A DNA stretch of 64,000 nt, taken from assembly GCA_030390025.1 (NCBI GenBank), contig CM059432.1, forward strand, positions 141,672,001 to 141,736,000, written 5' to 3'. Under the pieces are notes generated by a model. That model was not told the DNA's origin and made no database searches. It was given only the letters and a program-made list of their open reading frames with translations. Origin of the DNA: Squalus acanthias (taxonomy: Eukaryota). Below are positions 37,201-48,354 of the stretch, one piece after another. The position numbers and the translations under genes are program-made. Every line of letters starts with the position of its first letter. The stretch's first letter is position 1.

Positions 37201-38981
37201 TCATTTAAAGTTTTAATTGATTTACAGTAAATTTTGATTTGACAAACCAAAAAGAGCAACACCAGGTTATAGTCGGAGGACCTCCTCGTAGGACTGCTCC
37301 TGGGCCTGGCCAAGAAAGCCATTAATTGGTCCAGGCAGCGGGCGGTCGAGGGGGTCGTTCGGCCCGATTGCCTGCCTCTCTTCCGCGGCCATGTTCGCGC
37401 CCGGGTGGCCCTGGAGATGGAGCACGCGGTGTCCGCCGGCACGCTTGAGTTTTTCCGCGACCGGTGGGCGCCGCGGGGACTGGAGTGCATCGTCACCCCG
37501 GACTTCCAAATTTTGATTTGATTTGTTAAGTTTCATTTAAAGTTTTAATTGATTTACAGTAAATTTGTGTTTGTCCAACCAAAAAGAGCAACACCAGGTT
37601 ATAGTCGGAGGACCTCCTCGTAGGACTGCTCCTGGGCCTGGCCAAGAAAGCCATTAATTGGTCCAGGCAGCGGGCAGTCGAGGGGGTCGTTCGGCCCGAT
37701 TGCCTGCCTCTCTTCCGCGGCCATGTTCGCGCCCGGGTGGCCCTGGAGATGGAGCACGCGGTGTCCGCCGGCACGCTTGAGTTTTTCCGCGACCGGTGGG
37801 CGCCGCGGGGGCTGGAGTGCATCGTCACCCCGGACTTTCAAATTTTGATTTGATTTGTTAAGTTTCATTTAAAGTTTTAATTGATTTACAGTAAATTTGG
37901 GTTCAACCAAAAAGATGAACACCAGGTTATAGTCGGAGGACCTCCTCGTAGGACTGCTCCTGGGCCTGGCCAAGAAAGCCATTAATTGGTCCAGGCAGCG
38001 GGCGGTCGAGGGGGTCGTTCGGCCCGATTGCCTGCCTCTCTTCCGCGGCCATGTTCGCGCCCGGGTGGCCCTGGAGATGGAGCACGCGGTGTCCGCCGGT
38101 ACGCTTGAGTTTTTCCGCGACCGGTGGGCGCCGCGGGGACTGGAGTGCATCGTCACCCCGGACTTCCAAATTTTGATTTGATTTGTTAAGTTTCATTTAA
38201 AGTTTTAATTGATTTACAGTAAATTTGTGTTTGTCCAACCAAAAAGATCAACACCAGGTTATAGTCGGAGGACCTCCTCGTAGGACTGCTCCTGGGCCTG
38301 GCCAAGAAAGCCATTAATTGGTCCAGGCAGCGAGCGGTCGAGGGGGTCGTTCGGCCCGATTGCCTGCCTCTCTTCCGCGGCCATGTTCGCGCCCGGGTGG
38401 CCCTGGAGATGGAGCACGCGGTGTCCGCCGGCACGCTTGAGTTTTTCCGCGACCGGTGGGCGCCGCGGGGACTGGAGTGCATCGTCACCCCGGACTTCCA
38501 AATTTTGATTTGATTTGTTAAGTTTCATTTAAAGTTTTAATTGATTTACAGTAAATTTTGATTTGACAAACCAAAAAGAGCAACACCAGGTTATAGTCGG
38601 AGGACCTCCTCGTAGGACTGCTCCTGGGCCTGGCCAAGAAAGCCATTAATTGGTCCAGGCAGCGGGCGGTCGAGGGGGTCGTTCGGCCCGATTGCCTGCC
38701 TCTCTTCCGCGGCCATGTTCGCGCCCGGGTGGCCCTGGAGATGGAGCACGCGGTGTCCGCCGGTACGCTTGAGTTTTTCCGCGACCGGTGGGCGCCGCGG
38801 GGACTGGAGTGCATCGTCACCCCGGACTTCCAAATTTTGATTTGATTTGTTAAGTTTCATTTAAAGTTTTAATTGATTTACAGTAAATTTGTGTTTGTCC
38901 AACCAAAAAGATCAACACCAGGTTATAGCCCAACAGCTTTATTTGAAATCACAAGCTTTTGGAGCGCTGCTCCTTCGTCAG
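34235..38981 (-). mobile_element. Penelope-like terminal-repeat fragment (34235-34267 + 38913-38981) split by the Tx1 array
   Basis: Joining the flanks gives gagaagtcgcacaacaccaggttatag-cccaacagctttatttgaaatcacaagcttttggagcgctgctccttcgtcag, near-identical to the left arm of the hairpin at ~32804-32883. Confidence 0.8.
34252..38928 (+). repeat. Tandem array of 14 x ~332-bp 5'-truncated Tx1-clade LINE 3' ends, separated by 15 copies of a 16-bp target sequence CAACACCAGGTTATAG
   Basis: Unit starts at 34252, 34584, 34917, 35249, 35582, 35915, 36247, 36579, 36925, 37257, 37589, 37917, 38249 and 38581; the final target copy is at 38913. The plus-strand frame (34268-34516 in unit 1) reads SEDLLVGLLLGLAKKAINWSRQRAVEGVVRPDCLPLFRGHVRARVALEMEHAVSAGTLEFFRDRWAPRGLECIVTPDFQILI*, resembling Tx1 ORF2 C-termini. 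It is followed by an AT-rich 3'UTR and a short A tail. Confidence 0.85.
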
Positions 38982-39599
38982 ACTGCTTGTCCCACACCCA
39001 ATCTTAGATGAGCTGCAATTTCCTTCAATTAAACATTGGGAAGATTGAAGCCATTGTCTTCTGTCCACTCTGTTCATTCTCCACCGATTTCATGCCCCGG
39101 CCAGGCCCCAGTCTCAGGCGGAACCAGACTGCTTGCAACCTTGGCGTCCTATCTGACTCTGAGCTGAGCTTCCAACCCCGTATCCTCTGCATCACAAAGA
39201 CCACCTTGTTCATATCGCCTGTCTGCTCCCCTGCCTCAGCTCATGCTGAAACCCTCATCGTGCCTTTGTTACCTCCAGACTCGACTATTCCAATGCTCTC
39301 TGGCCAGCCTCCCATCTTCCACCTTCCGTAAACTTGAGCTCTTTGAAAACTCTGCTGCCCCGTGTCCTAACCCACACCAAGTCCCATTCACCCATCACCC
39401 CTACATTGGCTCTGGTCCACCAATACATTGATTTTACAATTCTGAACCTCGTTTTCAAATCCCTCCATGGCCCTCGCCCCTCCCTATCTCTGTAACCTCC
39501 TCCAGCCCTACAACCCTCCGAGATCTCTGCGCTCCTCCAATTCTGGCCTCTTGAGCATCCTCGGTTTTCATCGCTCCACCAGTGGTAGCTGTGCCCTTA

Positions 39600-39792
39600 A
39601 ATAACAACAGAAAACGCTGGAAAAACTCAGCAGGCCCGGCAGCATCCGTGGAGAGAGAAAGAGAGTTAACGTTTCAGGTCGATGACCTTTCGTCAGAACT
39701 GAGGTTCTGGCGAAAGGTCATCGACCTGCTGAGTTTTTCCAGCGTTTTCTGTTGTTATTTCAGATTTCCAGCATCCGCAGTATTTTGCTATC
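39600..39792. mobile_element. Penelope-like hairpin element, family B, inserted in L2
   Basis: Minus-strand CTGACGAAAGGTCATCGACCTGAAACGTT; 15-bp TSD GTAGCTGTGCCCTTA (39585-39599, 39793-39807). Confidence 0.75.
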
Positions 39793-40044
39793 GTAGCTGT
39801 GCCCTTAGCTGCCTAGGCCCTAAGCTCAGGAGTTACCGCCCTAAACCTCTCTGCCTTTCAACCTCTCTCTCCTCCTTTGACCCTCTGTCCTAATATCTTC
39901 TTTGTCTTGGGTATCAATTTTTGTCTGCATACACTCCTGTGAAGCGCCTTGGGACATTTTCCTACGTTAAAGGTGCTATATAAATGCAAGTTGTTGTTGT
40001 TGCTGTAAACAGAGACCAGCACAACATTCTATCGGAAACATCTG

Positions 40045-40650
40045 TGGCTTGCCTCAGCTCATCCACTGCTGAAACCCTCATCCCTGCCTTTGTTACCTCT
40101 AGACTTGACTGTTCCAATGCACTCCTGGCTGGCCTCCCACATTCCACCCTACGTAAACTTGAGGTCATCCAAAACTCGGCTGCCCGTGTCCAAACTCACA
40201 CCAAGTCCCGTTCGCCCATCACCCCTGTGCTCCCTGACCTACATTGGCTCCCGGTTAAAGCAGCGCCTCGATTTCAAAATTCTCATCCTTGTTTTCAAAT
40301 CCCTCCGTGCCCTCGCCCCTCCCTATCTCTGTAATCTCCTTCAGTCCCACAACCCCCAGAGATATCTGCTCTCCTCTAATTCTGCCCTCTTGAGCATCCC
40401 TGATTATAATCGCTCAACCTTTGGTGGCCGTGCCTTCTGTTGCCTGGGCCCTAAGCTCCTCGCTACCTCTCTTTCCTCCTTTATGATGCTCCTTAAAACC
40501 TACCTCTCTGACCAAGCTTTTGGTCACTTGCCCCAATTTATCCTTATGTGGCTCAGTGTCAAATTATTTGTCTTAAAATACTCCTGTGCAGCACCTTGGG
40601 ACGTTTTACTATGTTAAAGGTGCTATATAAATACAAGTTGTTGTTGTTGT
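40045..40650 (+). mobile_element. L2 3' fragment
   Basis: AFVTSRLDCSNALLAGLP, PDLHWLPVK motifs and tail. Confidence 0.87.
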
Positions 40651-41867
40651 GAGATGGTGCCAGAACTAACCCCAGGGCAGAAAATGTGGTCACAAAAATC
40701 ACAAAGAAATGTGTATCATTATCATTCGGGGCTAAATTCTGTTGACTTTATTCAAATTGATAAAAACGTTCTGCACTTTTATGCATCTAGTCATTTTATC
40801 TATTTTCAGGTTTCTAAAGATTATTTCCTGAAATTAATGGAAACAGAACAGTGAAAAGTGAGTCATTTTCCAAAACTTACTGTGCCTAAAAGTTTGTCGT
40901 TTTACCTCCAAATGCTGCAACAAGGAGATATTTTTGATTTCATGTCGTCAAGAAATTTACAGTAAATATTCCACAACAGCTAACTTTCAAACTATTTTAA
41001 TGTTGGCACTAGGAAGTTTAATTGGTGCCATGACATTATTTTCATAAATTTAGTTGACTTTAGACTGTGGGGCAGACAGATGACAGATTTAAAAATATTG
41101 GGGTCTAAATTCCAGAGCTCTCTCTTAACCCACCGGAAGTGCAGTTGACTTAAGGACTTTCTTGCCATTTGCCCTTAAGCTGACCCTATAATGGTGCTGC
41201 TGGTTACCGTCTCACACGGCCAGTGGGATTTCGGAGTTCGGAACCTTGTCCCTCTGCCAGAGGGGACACAGGTCGGGCTGGCCTAATTGCTGCAGTTGGA
41301 AAAGTTAGGTGAGATCCTAACTGTTCCTGTGTTGCTTTGCCTCAACCGTAATGGCAAGCCCTCTCTTAAATCAACTGCCATTTGGATACGGCGTTGTAGG
41401 GGCCCTTGTATGGCAAGCACGCTCGCTTCATGCCAGTGTACTTACCGTTGGCCACATAATAGATGGAAGTGGCGGGATTCCTGGCAGTGCCAAGCATCCC
41501 ACCAGTCCCAGCTCCAAAAGTGACCTCAACAGGGGGGGATTCAGGCAGAAGAAGCAACCCCCTCACTGCCCCCCACCCACTCCTCACCTGTCAGAATTTG
41601 TGAATGAGACCAAAAAGGGGCAGAAAGGCATTGGAAATGGGTTCTGCCCTCAAATCCCTCCCCCAACCTAAATTATGTTAATTTGATGCTGATGAAACAA
41701 CCCAGAATTTCTATGGTATTATGTTACTGTTTACATAGTATTTCCTAATGTTTACATACTTTTGTACATATCTTGGCACCGATTCCAGTACTGACCTCTC
41801 TGCTTTCCTTTACTAAGCAACGTTCCGACAGGTCCTTCCTTTCAGCTTCTTGATCAGAAAGGATGAG

Positions 41868-43700
41868 ATAGAAACATAGAAGGTAGGAGCAGGAGTAGGC
41901 CATTTGGCCCCTCGAGCCTGTTCCGCCATTTAATGAGATCATGGCTGATCATCCAAATTTAGTACCCTGTCCCTGCTTTCACTCCATATCCCTTGATCCC
42001 TTTAGCCTTAAGAAATATATCTAACTCCTTCTTGAATGTATTTAATGAGTTGGCCTCAACTGCCTTCTGTGGTAGAGAATTCCACAGGTTCACCACTCTC
42101 TGGGTGAAGAAATTCCTCATCTCAGTCCTAAATGGCTTACCCCTTATCCTTAGACTGTGACCCCTGGTTCTGGAATCCCCCGCCATCGGGAACATCCTTC
42201 CTGCATCTAGTCTGTCTAGTCCTGTTAGAATTTTATAAGTTTCAATGAGATCCCCTCTCATTCTTCTAAACTCCAGCGAATATAAGCCTAATCGACCCAA
42301 TCTCTCTTCATACGTCATTCCTGCCATCCCAGGTATCAGTCTGGTGAATCTTCGCTGCACTCTCTCTATGGCAAGAACTTCCTTCCTCAGATAAGGCGAC
42401 CAAAACTGCACACAATACTCAAGGTGTGGTCTCACCAAGGCCCTGTACAACTGCAGCAAGACATCCTTGCTCCTGTACTCGAATCCTCTCGCTATGAAGG
42501 CCAACATACCATTTGCCTTCTTAACCGCCTGCTGCACCTGCATGCTTACCTTCAGCGACTGGTGCACAAGGACACCCAGGTCTCGTTGCACTTCCCCTTT
42601 TCCCAATCTATTGCCGTTCAGATAATAATCTGTCTTCCTGGTTTTGCCACCAAAGTGGATAACCTCGCATTTATCCACATTATACAGCATCTGCCATGCA
42701 TCTGCCCAATCACCCAACCTGTCCAAATCACACTGGAGTTTCTCTGCATCCTCCTCACAGCACACATGCCCACTCAGCTTTGTGTCGTCTGCAAACTTGG
42801 AAATATTACATCTAGTTCCCTCGTCTAGACCATTAATATATATTGTGACTAGCTGGGGTCCTAGCACCGATCCCTGCGGTACCCCACTAGTCACTGCCTG
42901 CCACTCAGAAAAAGACCCATTTATTCCAACTCTTTGCTTCCTGTCTGCCAACCAGTTCTCTATCCAAGTCAGTACCTTACCCCCAATTCCATGTGCTTTA
43001 ATTTTGCACGCTAATCTCTTATGCGGGACCTTATCAAAAGCCTTCTGAAAGTCCAAATACACCACATCCACTGGTTCTCCCTTATCTATCCTACCAGTTA
43101 CATCCTCAAAAAATTCCAGTAGATTAGTCAAGCATGATTTACCTTTTGTAAATCCATGTTGACTTTGTCCGATCCTGTCACTGTTTTCCAAGTGCTCTGC
43201 TATTACATCTTTTATAATGGAGTCTAGCATTTTCCCCACTACCGATGTCAGGCTTACCGGTCTATAATTCCCCGTTTTTTCTCTACCACCTTTTATAAAT
43301 AGTGGGGTTACATTAGCTACCCTCCAATCCATGGGAACTATTCCAGAGTCTATAGAATTTTGGAAGATGACCAGCAATGCATCTACTATTTCTAGGGCCA
43401 CTTCTTTAAGTACCCTAGAATGTAGATTATCAGGCCCTGGGGATTTATCGGCCTTCAATCCCGTCAATTTCCCGAACACCATTTCCCTACAAATACTGAT
43501 TTCATTCAATTCCTCCCTCTCATTAGACCCTATGTTCCCTGACATCTCTGGGAGGTTATTTGTGTCCTCCTTTGTGAAGACAGAACCAAAGTATGTATTT
43601 AATTGGTCTGCCATTTCTTTGTTCCCCATTATAAATTCCCCTGATTCTGACTGCAAGGGACCTACGCTTGACTTCACCAATCTTTTTCTCTTCCCATATC
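41868..43700 (-). mobile_element. CR1 (HER1-like) LINE, 5'-truncated, with uninterrupted RT-to-C-terminus ORF2
   Basis: 588-aa ORF-track frame with [46 protein letters not shown] and LVRPHLEYCVQFWSP, plus a CR1 3'UTR and TTCTATG-type tail. Confidence 0.95.
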
Positions 43701-43710
43701 TATAGATTAA

Positions 43711-43764
43711 AGTGAGAAGTCGCACAACACCAGGTTATAGTCCAACAGTTTTATTTGAAATGGC
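43711..43764 (-). mobile_element. 54-bp Penelope family A fragment with an empty Tx1 target site
   Basis: gtgagaagtcgcacaacaccaggttatagtccaacagttttatttgaaat flanked by 13-bp direct repeats ATCTATAGATTAA (43698-43710, 43765-43777). Confidence 0.75.
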
Positions 43765-43937
43765 ATCTATAGATTAAGGCACTACTAAATTGGTGGAACA
43801 TAAAGTAGAAGCTGTGTAACGTAGAGGGGCAGGATATTGTGGAGGGAGGGAATATCATCAATACACATTTGCCCATCAAGTGTGCCACATAGTTCTAGTC
43901 AAGGTAGGGCGAAGGAACAAAAGGAACACCAGCCAGG

Positions 43938-44380
43938 CATGGCTCAGTGGGTAGCAGTCTAAAGGTTGTAGGTTCAAATCCCACTTCAGAGATTTGAGCA
44001 CAAAATCTAGGTTGACACTCCCAATGCAGTGCTGAGGGAGCACTGCACTGTTGGAGGTGTTGTCTTTTGGATGAGATGTTAAACCGAGGTCCCGTTTGCC
44101 CTCTCAGGTGGACATAAAAGATCCCATGGCCACTATTTGAAGAAGAGCACGGGAGTTCTCCCCGGTGTCCTGGCCAATATTTACCCCTCAACCAACATCA
44201 CTAGAACAGATTATCTGGTCATTATCACATTGCTGTTTGTGGGACCTTGCTGTGTGTAAATTGGCTGCTGCGTTTCCTACATTACAACAGTCAAAAGTTC
44301 TTCATTGGCTGTGAAGCACTTTGGGATGTCCTGGGTTCATGAAAGGCGCTATATGAATGCAAGTTCTTTTTATTTCTTTA
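43938..44380 (+). mobile_element. DeuSINE, near full length
   Basis: tRNA head, Deu core and tail. Confidence 0.85.
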
Positions 44381-45294
44381 ACAGGTGAGCCACAATATGA
44401 GAGCACTCACTTCCTCTTTCTCTCCATGCTGGACACCTTACCGTCCACCCCCACCTTTGAAAAGTGCCATCATTTTACTCATAAAGTGAATTGCTTGGAG
44501 TTTTTTGTATAAACTAGTTTTCTGCAGATGATGGCACCGCAGACCTGGTTGTACGCCAGCCAGTTCTGGTACTTTTCCACAGTGCCATCTGCCTTCTCCC
44601 GTTGCTCACCGCAGTGGCCCATTTATCCACTGTTCTGTTAATTGCCAATCCATTAGCTGCAGCCTGCCTGCAGTGTGGACTCTGCACATGATTTTATTGG
44701 GGTCACGTTACATGTGACCTTTTCTGCCTTTGGTGGTCATTTATTGTACAAATCCTAACCCATTCCTCATGAGTTGCTGACACATATTTATCAAGTATCA
44801 ATTATATAAAATCCCTGCAGATTATTTCTTGAATTTATCGATTATTCAGCATTTAGCAAATCAGCAGAGAATTGTATACTACATAAAATTAAGGTTAGCT
44901 ACCTTCTAGTTGTTGTGGCACTGTCCTTCATGCTTATTATGTTACTGGACATGTTGGCCATGTAGCCATTTAATAGCTAAATTTGTTACATAAGGACTTT
45001 ATAGGGGTAATTTTCCAACTTCACACTCCCTGTGGGGAGCTTAATCCATCGGGAGTGCATATCGGAGATTCAACTGTGCATATCACACGATTTTCCAGTA
45101 CGGGCTGCTGATGGGCAATCTTCCCTCTAATTTTTTTTTGTACTGAGCGGGCCACGAACTCCTTTGAGCACGATCTTTTCGTCCATGAGCAAATTTTAAA
45201 ACAACAACAACTTTTACGACGACAACAGCAACCACTTAAAAGCATATATGCAGTAACGCCATATTGCCCCCCTACCGTCTCAAATCATGAGACA

Positions 45295-45590
45295 ATCAGG
45301 CAAGGTTCTATATAAGTTTAACATAACTTCTCTGCTTTTGAATTCTATTCCTCTAGAAATGAACCCCAGTGCTTTATTTGCACTTTTATTACTTTTTTAA
45401 CCTGCGTTGCTACTTTTAATGATTTGTGAATCTGTACCCCTAGACTTTGCACCTCTACCTCATTTAGACTCTTATTTTACAAGGAGTAGGTCTCCTCCTT
45501 ATTCCTCCTACCAAAATGCACCACCTCACACTTACCTATTATTGAAATTCATTTGACATTTACATGCCCATTCTGGAAGTTTGTTTATGG
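45295..45590 (-). mobile_element. Old CR1 internal fragment
   Basis: Minus strand resembles the KCEVVHFGRRN...GFISRGIEFKS region. Confidence 0.65.
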
Positions 45591-47629
45591 TAGAATTAAT
45601 TAAAAGCTTTTAGTTCGTCATGTACAAACTCTATTTAATAAAAAATTACTCGTCAGAAATGACTGGGATATAAAAGAACTGCATAATAATGCATTAACAC
45701 TTCAGAAACATCACTCAGTTACACGGTTATGCATCGACAAACAATCCCAAAAGCCCAAGGTGAGCTGAAAGAGGCATATCTATTCATGCAATTTGTACTA
45801 ATTTTAAAGTTTTCAACATATTAGCCCATCCCTCATGTCACTATAGCAGTGGCTGCACAAGCAGCAGGAGCAGCAGCTTTCCTATGGCGCTGACGTGCTT
45901 TACATCCACATAAGTAATTAGAATATTAATCACAATGCAACCAGACACCCAACAGATATAAGCACTGTAGTTCTTTAGTTCACAGTATTAAAAAGAATTG
46001 AACAAAAATAGGGATCCGTATTTCCAACTTCAATCACTTCCATTAATAAATGTTGTCTTCTTGAACCAGCACACCTCATATGTAACAAGTCAGAAATGCA
46101 GCACTTATTCACCAGTGTAGAAAAACACATACACAATTTGCGTCACCGAATTAAAAACAAAAAGCAGGAAAAGCTATGATTTACCAGAAATAAACATTCC
46201 TCTTTCTTCCTGGACAGGGGAACCAATCAGACTGACTTGGAAATGTTTACTAACATGCCGACGTAAAGATGTTAATTTACGAATTTTGCTTCTAATGTTT
46301 TTCTCTCAAACATTCTCCACAATATTAATCCCTGCTCTTATCACGAAAAGTGTTGAATTAAATAGTGGGAGACAAACTTCATTGTACTCTCAGTTTTTAA
46401 TCTCCTTTTTCAAACATTTATACCAAATCAAAATTGTACATTATCAGTTTAATTGAAGTATTTTCTGCGTCTTTCTCAATAAACAAATAGTAGTTTCTTC
46501 TAAAGTAGCTTCCTGCAATTTTTATACATCATTACATAACTTGTGTTTCTATTAACACTCCACTAAACGTTTAAGAGGAAATCTATATTTACATTATTCC
46601 TGGGACTTGTTAGGACTATAGAACGACAGGCAAAATAACATGGTTTGTGTTTTTCCCTTTTTTGGTTCTCTTCCTAAACGTCTTAATGATATTTTTTAAA
46701 AAGTCAATAAAATGTAATATGTAACTCCTACAAATCCTCCCCGCCCTCCCCCTCAACAGCATGGTTGCATGTTTGTGAAAAGCTACTCACTTCAGTCGAT
46801 CGTTCAAAATCAAATATTGAGAAATTTCAATTTTAAAATGTTTTAAGCATTTCAGAACCTCTTTAAAAGCGTTTGGCCTTCAAGACCTGGTTGAAACTTG
46901 TTTAGATGAGGGGAAAATTGATTTTTGTTTCTGTTTCTTCCAAAATCATATTCGAAACTTAGGGGGAAAAAGTGTTTTTTAACACTCATTTTTTGTGAAA
47001 AGTTCATTAGAAATCTTTAAATTCTTTCAAGTCTCATTGCAGCTTTGACAGAAGAAGTTGCTCCAAGTTTCTCTTTCCCTCTTCAACGCTGTCGTTAAAC
47101 ATACAACAGAAAATAATAAAATAAGCTCTAATTCCAAACGGAGCGCAAATAAGAAAGTGAATAAAGTGGTTAAACTTCCTAAGAAGGCGGTGAGGTTATC
47201 TATCCCCAGCCTTGGCGATGAGTTGGGATCAGTTTTAGAGAAGTTGTTTCCTCTTTTTCTGCTGCCGTTCCCTCCGTCTCTCACAGACTCTGAGGTACAA
47301 ACAGGGGCACAAACTTCTTCCCCTCTCTCATAACATGATTTAAATAACCCTGATAAACTCTTTCAAAAAGGGCACAACACCTGGCAAAATTTAACTGGAA
47401 CTTACTGCGAGACATTCAACATCACTTTCCCGTATTTTTTTCCGACTTTAAACAATTTTCTGAATTAAAAAGAAAAATTCTCATTTTTGTTTCACCGAGG
47501 GCCTAAAACTTGTTTGCTTTAGCCTCCTTCCAGCGGCCATTGTACATGTGCTGCACCTCCACCTGTGTTGTTACAAAGTGCGGCCGCTGCTCAGTCCCCG
47601 GGAACGGACTACGCGCGTCTGGACCCTCA

Positions 47630-48040
47630 CCCCTCTCTCTGTCCCTTCCTGTCTCTCTCTCCCTCCATCCACCCCCTCTCTCTCTCTCACGCCAATCCCC
47701 TCTCCCCAGACTCTCTCTCTCTCCCTCCCCAGTCTCTCTTTCTCCAGTCTCTCTCCCCAGTCTCTCTCTCTCTCTCTCCCCAGTCTCTCTCTCTCTTCCC
47801 CGTCTCTCTCTCTCTTCCCCGTCTCTCTCTCTCTTCCCCGTCTCTCTCTCTCTTTCCCCCAGTCTCTTTCCCTGTCTCTCTCTCTCTTCCCCCGTCTCTC
47901 TCTCTTCCCCGTCTCTCTCTCTTTCCCCCGTCTCTCTCTCTCTCTTTCCCCAGTCTCTCTCTCTCTCTTTCCCCCAGTCTCTCTCTCTCTCCCCTCCGAT
48001 TCCCTCTCTCTCCCCAGTCGCTTTCTCTCTCCCCTTTCAA
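47630..48040. repeat. CT-rich compound microsatellite (CCCC(A)GTCTCTCTCT..)n
   Basis: Directly visible pyrimidine-rich repeats. Confidence 0.9.
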
Positions 48041-48166
48041 CCCTCGATCTTCCCCCACCAGCCACCAACAGATCATCCCCCTGACCTCTGCATGGAGCCG
48101 AAGAAAGCGTGGCCCAACTGGGTACTGCGCACGCGTGGCCCCAGTATCCCACGAGCCGGCACTGAA

Positions 48167-48354
48167 GGCTGAAAGGCGAATAATCAGAGCGCGGGGGATT
48201 GTCCCGCTGAAAGGCGAATAATCAAAGCGCGGGGGATTCTCCTGCTGTCCGGCTAAAAGGCGAATAATCAGAGCGCGGGGGATCCTCCTGCTGTCCGGCT
48301 AAAAGGTGAATAATCAGAGCGCGGGGGATCCTCCCGCTGTCCGGCTGAAAGGTC
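48167..48354. repeat. Short minisatellite, ~4 units of 38-46 bp (GGCTRAAAGGCGAATAATCAGAGCGCGGGGGATCCTCCTGCTGTCC)
   Basis: Four near-identical consecutive copies plus a partial fifth. Confidence 0.85.

Larger units (their letters stand above)
34199..40002 (+). mobile_element. L2 fragment (34199-34234 + 38981-40002) hosting the nested insertions
   Basis: ctctcgacccctccactgcctctgtgttgtca|gactgcttgtcc is collinear with the uninterrupted L2 at 50200-50245 (minus strand). It continues through NFLQLNIGKIEAIVF to the (GTT)n tail. Confidence 0.8.

Noticed and set aside
34147..38860. Repeated 80-114-aa minus-strand ORFs (MTMHSSPRG.., MKLNKSNQ..) as a tandem gene family
   Set aside because: They are antisense shadows of the GC-rich Tx1 coding frame; the silent-site pattern and protein resemblance are on the plus strand.
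34252..38928. CRISPR array, or 5S/tRNA/snRNA gene cluster
   Set aside because: Eukaryotic context, the 'spacers' are near-identical, there are no cas genes, and no recognisable Pol III boxes or structural RNA sequence.
47510..48221. Ser/Leu- and Glu/Arg-rich ORFs of ~130-220 aa
   Set aside because: Products of the CT microsatellite.
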